DNA of 64,000 nucleotides from a virus: IMG/VR virus record IMGVR_UViG_3300025162_000043, positions 14,055 to 78,054 of that record; one strand, 5' to 3'. Shown piece by piece: positions 60,977 to 64,000 of this stretch (position 1 is its first letter; each line of letters starts with the position of its first letter). The notes under the pieces were generated by a model. It saw only the letters and a program-made list of their open reading frames with translations, ran no database searches and was not told where the DNA came from. The position numbers and the translations under genes were made by a program.

Positions 60977-61609
60977 TCAATATCTTTTTTTTTCTTCGGG
61001 AGCCACATTACAACCTTCAAAAATCTGTCCAGAATTAAGATCATAATGAAAACTTTTATCAAAAACTCCTTCTTTACGAACTCTTCTTAGATATTTTCGT
61101 ACAGTGTCTTCCGTGCCACCCCATCGTTTTACCATCTTTCCTTCTCCAAAGGTGCAAGCAAGAAGAAAATCAGACTTGGCCACGAGAGCATTTCTGGCAT
61201 AAAAACCTTTAGATACTGGAATAAATTCGGCACCTTCCAAGTATGCAATCTGCATTTTACTTAATGAATTAATTCCAGTATTTCGTTGGAATTGAAGATG
61301 ATAATAATTACAAACTCCTCCATCATTGTGTTCTGTCTGTCCATTATCATAAAATTTTCCATCTTGCCACTCAGCAGGTAGACATAATCTTAACGCGGGG
61401 ACTTTTTTGTCGAGGAACAGTTTTACCGCCACGAAATCGGCCCAAGCCGATCCACCACTTATCAAACAAGATATTGGGTATCCTATAGTATTTATCTGTT
61501 CAAGTAAACCCGATGCTAGAATACACATCGCCTCAAAATGCTTTCGAGTAAGACGTTTTGCATCTTCACGCCGTCCGGCGGTACCGCAAATCCCCATTGT
61601 AATTTCCAT
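60977..61609 (-). CDS. SLOG-superfamily (YspA/DprA-like) nucleotide-binding protein
   Basis: ICGTAGR...ISGGSAWAD...YARNALVA...GGTEDTV. Confidence 0.65.
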   Translation of the reverse strand: MEITMGICGTAGRREDAKRLTRKHFEAMCILASGLLEQINTIGYPISCLISGGSAWADFVAVKLFLDKKVPALRLCLPAEWQDGKFYDNGQTEHNDGGVCNYYHLQFQRNTGINSLSKMQIAYLEGAEFIPVSKGFYARNALVAKSDFLLACTFGEGKMVKRWGGTEDTVRKYLRRVRKEGVFDKSFHYDLNSGQIFEGCNVAPEEKKRY

Positions 61610-61684
61610 TAGAAACTATCCTACATTAACCACTTCAATTTGTCAACTATGTAAACAATTTAAGTTTACATAAACAGTTACAAA

Positions 61685-62857
61685 TTATATTCCCAGTTCC
61701 TCGGTTACACGCCTAATAGCATCAGCATTTCCAGTATGTTTTCCTGGGTCATCACTTAATTTTACCACATCTACCCATTCCACATCTGGATTTTGCTTTA
61801 TGCACTTCATCTTGACGACCATATTAAGAGGCTTTACATTTACATTATTCGTTAGAAATGTACCTATCCCTCCAATTGGCTGGCATACAGATTTGAATGT
61901 GTTATGAATTCGGATATATTTTTCGTCATTAAGGTTATCTGAGAATACAAAGCGTTTATTACTTGTCGAAATGTTCAATTTCTTATAGTGTGCCAACATC
62001 TTATTGCCCCATTCTATGGGGTCTCCGCTATCTTGGCGAACACCGTCGAATAGTTTGGCATAATACATATCAAAATCTTTTAAAAACACGTTCGTCGAAA
62101 ACGTATCCGATAACATAATTCCAAGATTTCCTTCGAAATGAGAGGTCCAATGATGCATTGCTTTAATATTAGCCATGCGAACTCCGTAAAAAGCAGAAAG
62201 TCCCATGATGTATTCATGTGCCAGAGTTCCTTGAGGATTCACATTGTATTTATATGCTAAGTAGGGGTTGCTTGTTCCAAGAAACCCATGCATCTCTCGC
62301 ATTATTTTTACTACTGCATCATGTGTTTCCAAAGAGTATCTTCTTCTTGTTCCAAAGTCCATCCAATAACATCCATTATTACTCAGATGTAATCCTGTAT
62401 TTTCTATACGCTGTTTCCAATCATCTGATTTATTCTGATTTGTTAATAGAAAATATAATTCGGAAATTATAGACATGACCGGAACCTCAAATAAAATCGT
62501 GCGATACCACGGCCCTGTAATTATTACTTTCAAATTGCCGTTCTCCTGAGTAATGCGAACTTCGTCGGAGTTAAATCTATATCCACTTAACCATTCGGCA
62601 TACGTCGAACGAATAAAGGGAATTGTATTAAGCCATCGAATTTCATCCTTTGTTAGCATCATGTGTCTCATTAGATCAATTTGATTTCTTAGTTCAGACA
62701 CGAATTCTGGGGGGAACTCTATTTTCCCACGATTGATAAATTCATATTTGGCAATTGCATGGGGAAAGTCGTGAAATACCAATTGGCCTTGCGTAAATTT
62801 GTACAAATCTGAATCTAAAATAGAACTCAAAATCGGATAATCTATAATCATGCTCAT
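61685..62857 (-). CDS. pncB: nicotinate phosphoribosyltransferase
   Basis: LDSDLYKFT, DFGTRRR, GTSN, GTLAHE, LSDTF, GVRQDSGDP, FSDNL, GGIGT, VKLSD. Confidence 0.95.
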   Translation of the reverse strand: MSMIIDYPILSSILDSDLYKFTQGQLVFHDFPHAIAKYEFINRGKIEFPPEFVSELRNQIDLMRHMMLTKDEIRWLNTIPFIRSTYAEWLSGYRFNSDEVRITQENGNLKVIITGPWYRTILFEVPVMSIISELYFLLTNQNKSDDWKQRIENTGLHLSNNGCYWMDFGTRRRYSLETHDAVVKIMREMHGFLGTSNPYLAYKYNVNPQGTLAHEYIMGLSAFYGVRMANIKAMHHWTSHFEGNLGIMLSDTFSTNVFLKDFDMYYAKLFDGVRQDSGDPIEWGNKMLAHYKKLNISTSNKRFVFSDNLNDEKYIRIHNTFKSVCQPIGGIGTFLTNNVNVKPLNMVVKMKCIKQNPDVEWVDVVKLSDDPGKHTGNADAIRRVTEELGI

Positions 62858-62881
62858 ATTATATCACTCACTCATAAAAAG

Positions 62882-63781
62882 TCAAGGTACTGTTTTTAGG
62901 TATGTGATATCTTCTACTAACTTATGATCTCGATTCCATATGATTACTCTAACATTAAACCCACAATCAATGGAACTACTTATTTTAGCCTTATTCATTG
63001 CCAAATTTTGATTCCATGTCCACGGAGATTTTGTTTCTACTATTGTATTTGATGATGGCAGAAAACAGTCTGGGTAATAAGTTTTTGGTGAACCCGATAA
63101 TTCGTATTTAATTTTCGGCTTATCGGCGTGCTCGGTCTTAATATCTTGTGATGATAAGGAACTTGATAAGAGATAGTCAATTGTCCATGCCTCATAACCT
63201 TGTAAAAATATAGTTGGTTTTCCGTCGGGAAAAGTATATGGTTTTCGTATGAATCTATTCTTGTTCATACTAATTATACGTTTTTCTATTTCCTGTGGCG
63301 TTCTTCTTTTGGCTGCTAAAGATAATTTTTTCTTAGTATCTAACGAATGATGTTTTCCGAAAAAATAATGTTTAGTTCCTGTACGAGAAAGAGATAGCCG
63401 CCTGCGTGTTTCCGAACTAGCCGTAGTACCAAACCTATGATTTTTATTTCCTGTCTCCCGACAACTAAAACAATCCAGATTTTGCCTAACCCCACGAATA
63501 CAAATTTTTATTGTTGTATGACCAATGATCGTTGAACAATTAGGGCATTTTCTACACCATTTAGAAGATAGAAAATCCTTCCAAATAATCTCATCGTCAA
63601 TTAACTTTTGATTGGGTTCGAAATGCTTCCCTGCTTTGGAACATTTTCTACACAAACGATGTTTTTTATATGCTGAACTACAAACTTGTAAGGAAGAATG
63701 AATTATGATTTTATGGCAGAATCCGCATTTCCTACACCAACTTCCATTTTCATTTTTCCACATCTCACTATCTATAATCAT
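62882..63781 (-). CDS. homing-type endonuclease (Zn ribbons + NUMOD3 + PD-(D/E)XK)
   Basis: CxxC pairs, FFGKHHSLDTKKKLS, YYPDCF...IVETKS. Confidence 0.75.
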   Translation of the reverse strand: MIIDSEMWKNENGSWCRKCGFCHKIIIHSSLQVCSSAYKKHRLCRKCSKAGKHFEPNQKLIDDEIIWKDFLSSKWCRKCPNCSTIIGHTTIKICIRGVRQNLDCFSCRETGNKNHRFGTTASSETRRRLSLSRTGTKHYFFGKHHSLDTKKKLSLAAKRRTPQEIEKRIISMNKNRFIRKPYTFPDGKPTIFLQGYEAWTIDYLLSSSLSSQDIKTEHADKPKIKYELSGSPKTYYPDCFLPSSNTIVETKSPWTWNQNLAMNKAKISSSIDCGFNVRVIIWNRDHKLVEDITYLKTVP

Positions 63782-63902
63782 ACTATCTGTGCCTTTATTA
63801 GAATGACGAACAATACTCTATACCATTGAACTATTAGTTGGCACAGATAGTTGGTACGTGGTAAGTATTGTCCGTCAAAATCTTATGTTATCTGTGCCGA
63901 GA

Positions 63903-64000
63903 GTGAATGCTCCCAACCTCTAAAGAGATTGGGCTTCTATGGTTCTTTAACGAGTACCAATGGAGTCCATCCCGAATCCAAACTCAAATTGTATGACATT
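63903..64000 (-). mobile_element. right end of another IS200/IS605-type element (continues beyond the window)
   Basis: minus strand AGAAGCCCAATCTCTTTAGAGGTTGGGAGCATTCAC. Confidence 0.55.

Noticed and set aside
1-64000. Stop-codon recoding as in some huge phages
   Set aside because: Long genes are intact in the standard code and TAG, TGA and TAA all end plausible genes.

Overview
AT-rich segment of what appears to be a large (jumbo/huge) lytic dsDNA phage genome read in the standard genetic code; no host housekeeping operons are visible. 1-20.9 kb: ADP-ribosylglycohydrolase (runs off the window edge), a 4242-aa modular protein, a monotopic phosphoglycosyl transferase, a tmRNA with an unusually long tag, a probable histone-fold protein and a tnpB-only IS200/IS605 element. 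~21-42.5 kb: dense region of small genes, most with their own sigma70-type promoter. It is marked by about 19 perfect TACTGGCCAGTA palindromes plus a strand-polarised TTCGGTGA motif, and is bounded by a G-tract at 20.9 kb and an AT-rich repeat block at 42 kb. It also contains a ~490-nt highly base-paired non-coding stretch and an HTH gene with internal iteron-like repeats. 42.5-64 kb: Dam-type methylase, tetrapeptide-repeat protein, three YopX paralogues, J-domain protein, homing-type endonucleases, RNA ligase, and a nucleotide/NAD cluster (NDT-like, SLOG-like, pncB). The best-supported unusual system is a TnpB element family seen in three states: a full tnpB element, a 396-bp gene-less copy that keeps the reRNA scaffold with compensatory changes, and four 50-68-bp hybrid-end scars. 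All six sit directly 3' of TTCAY, which in four cases is the antisense of a start codon. All family assignments are from manual motif recognition, not database searches.
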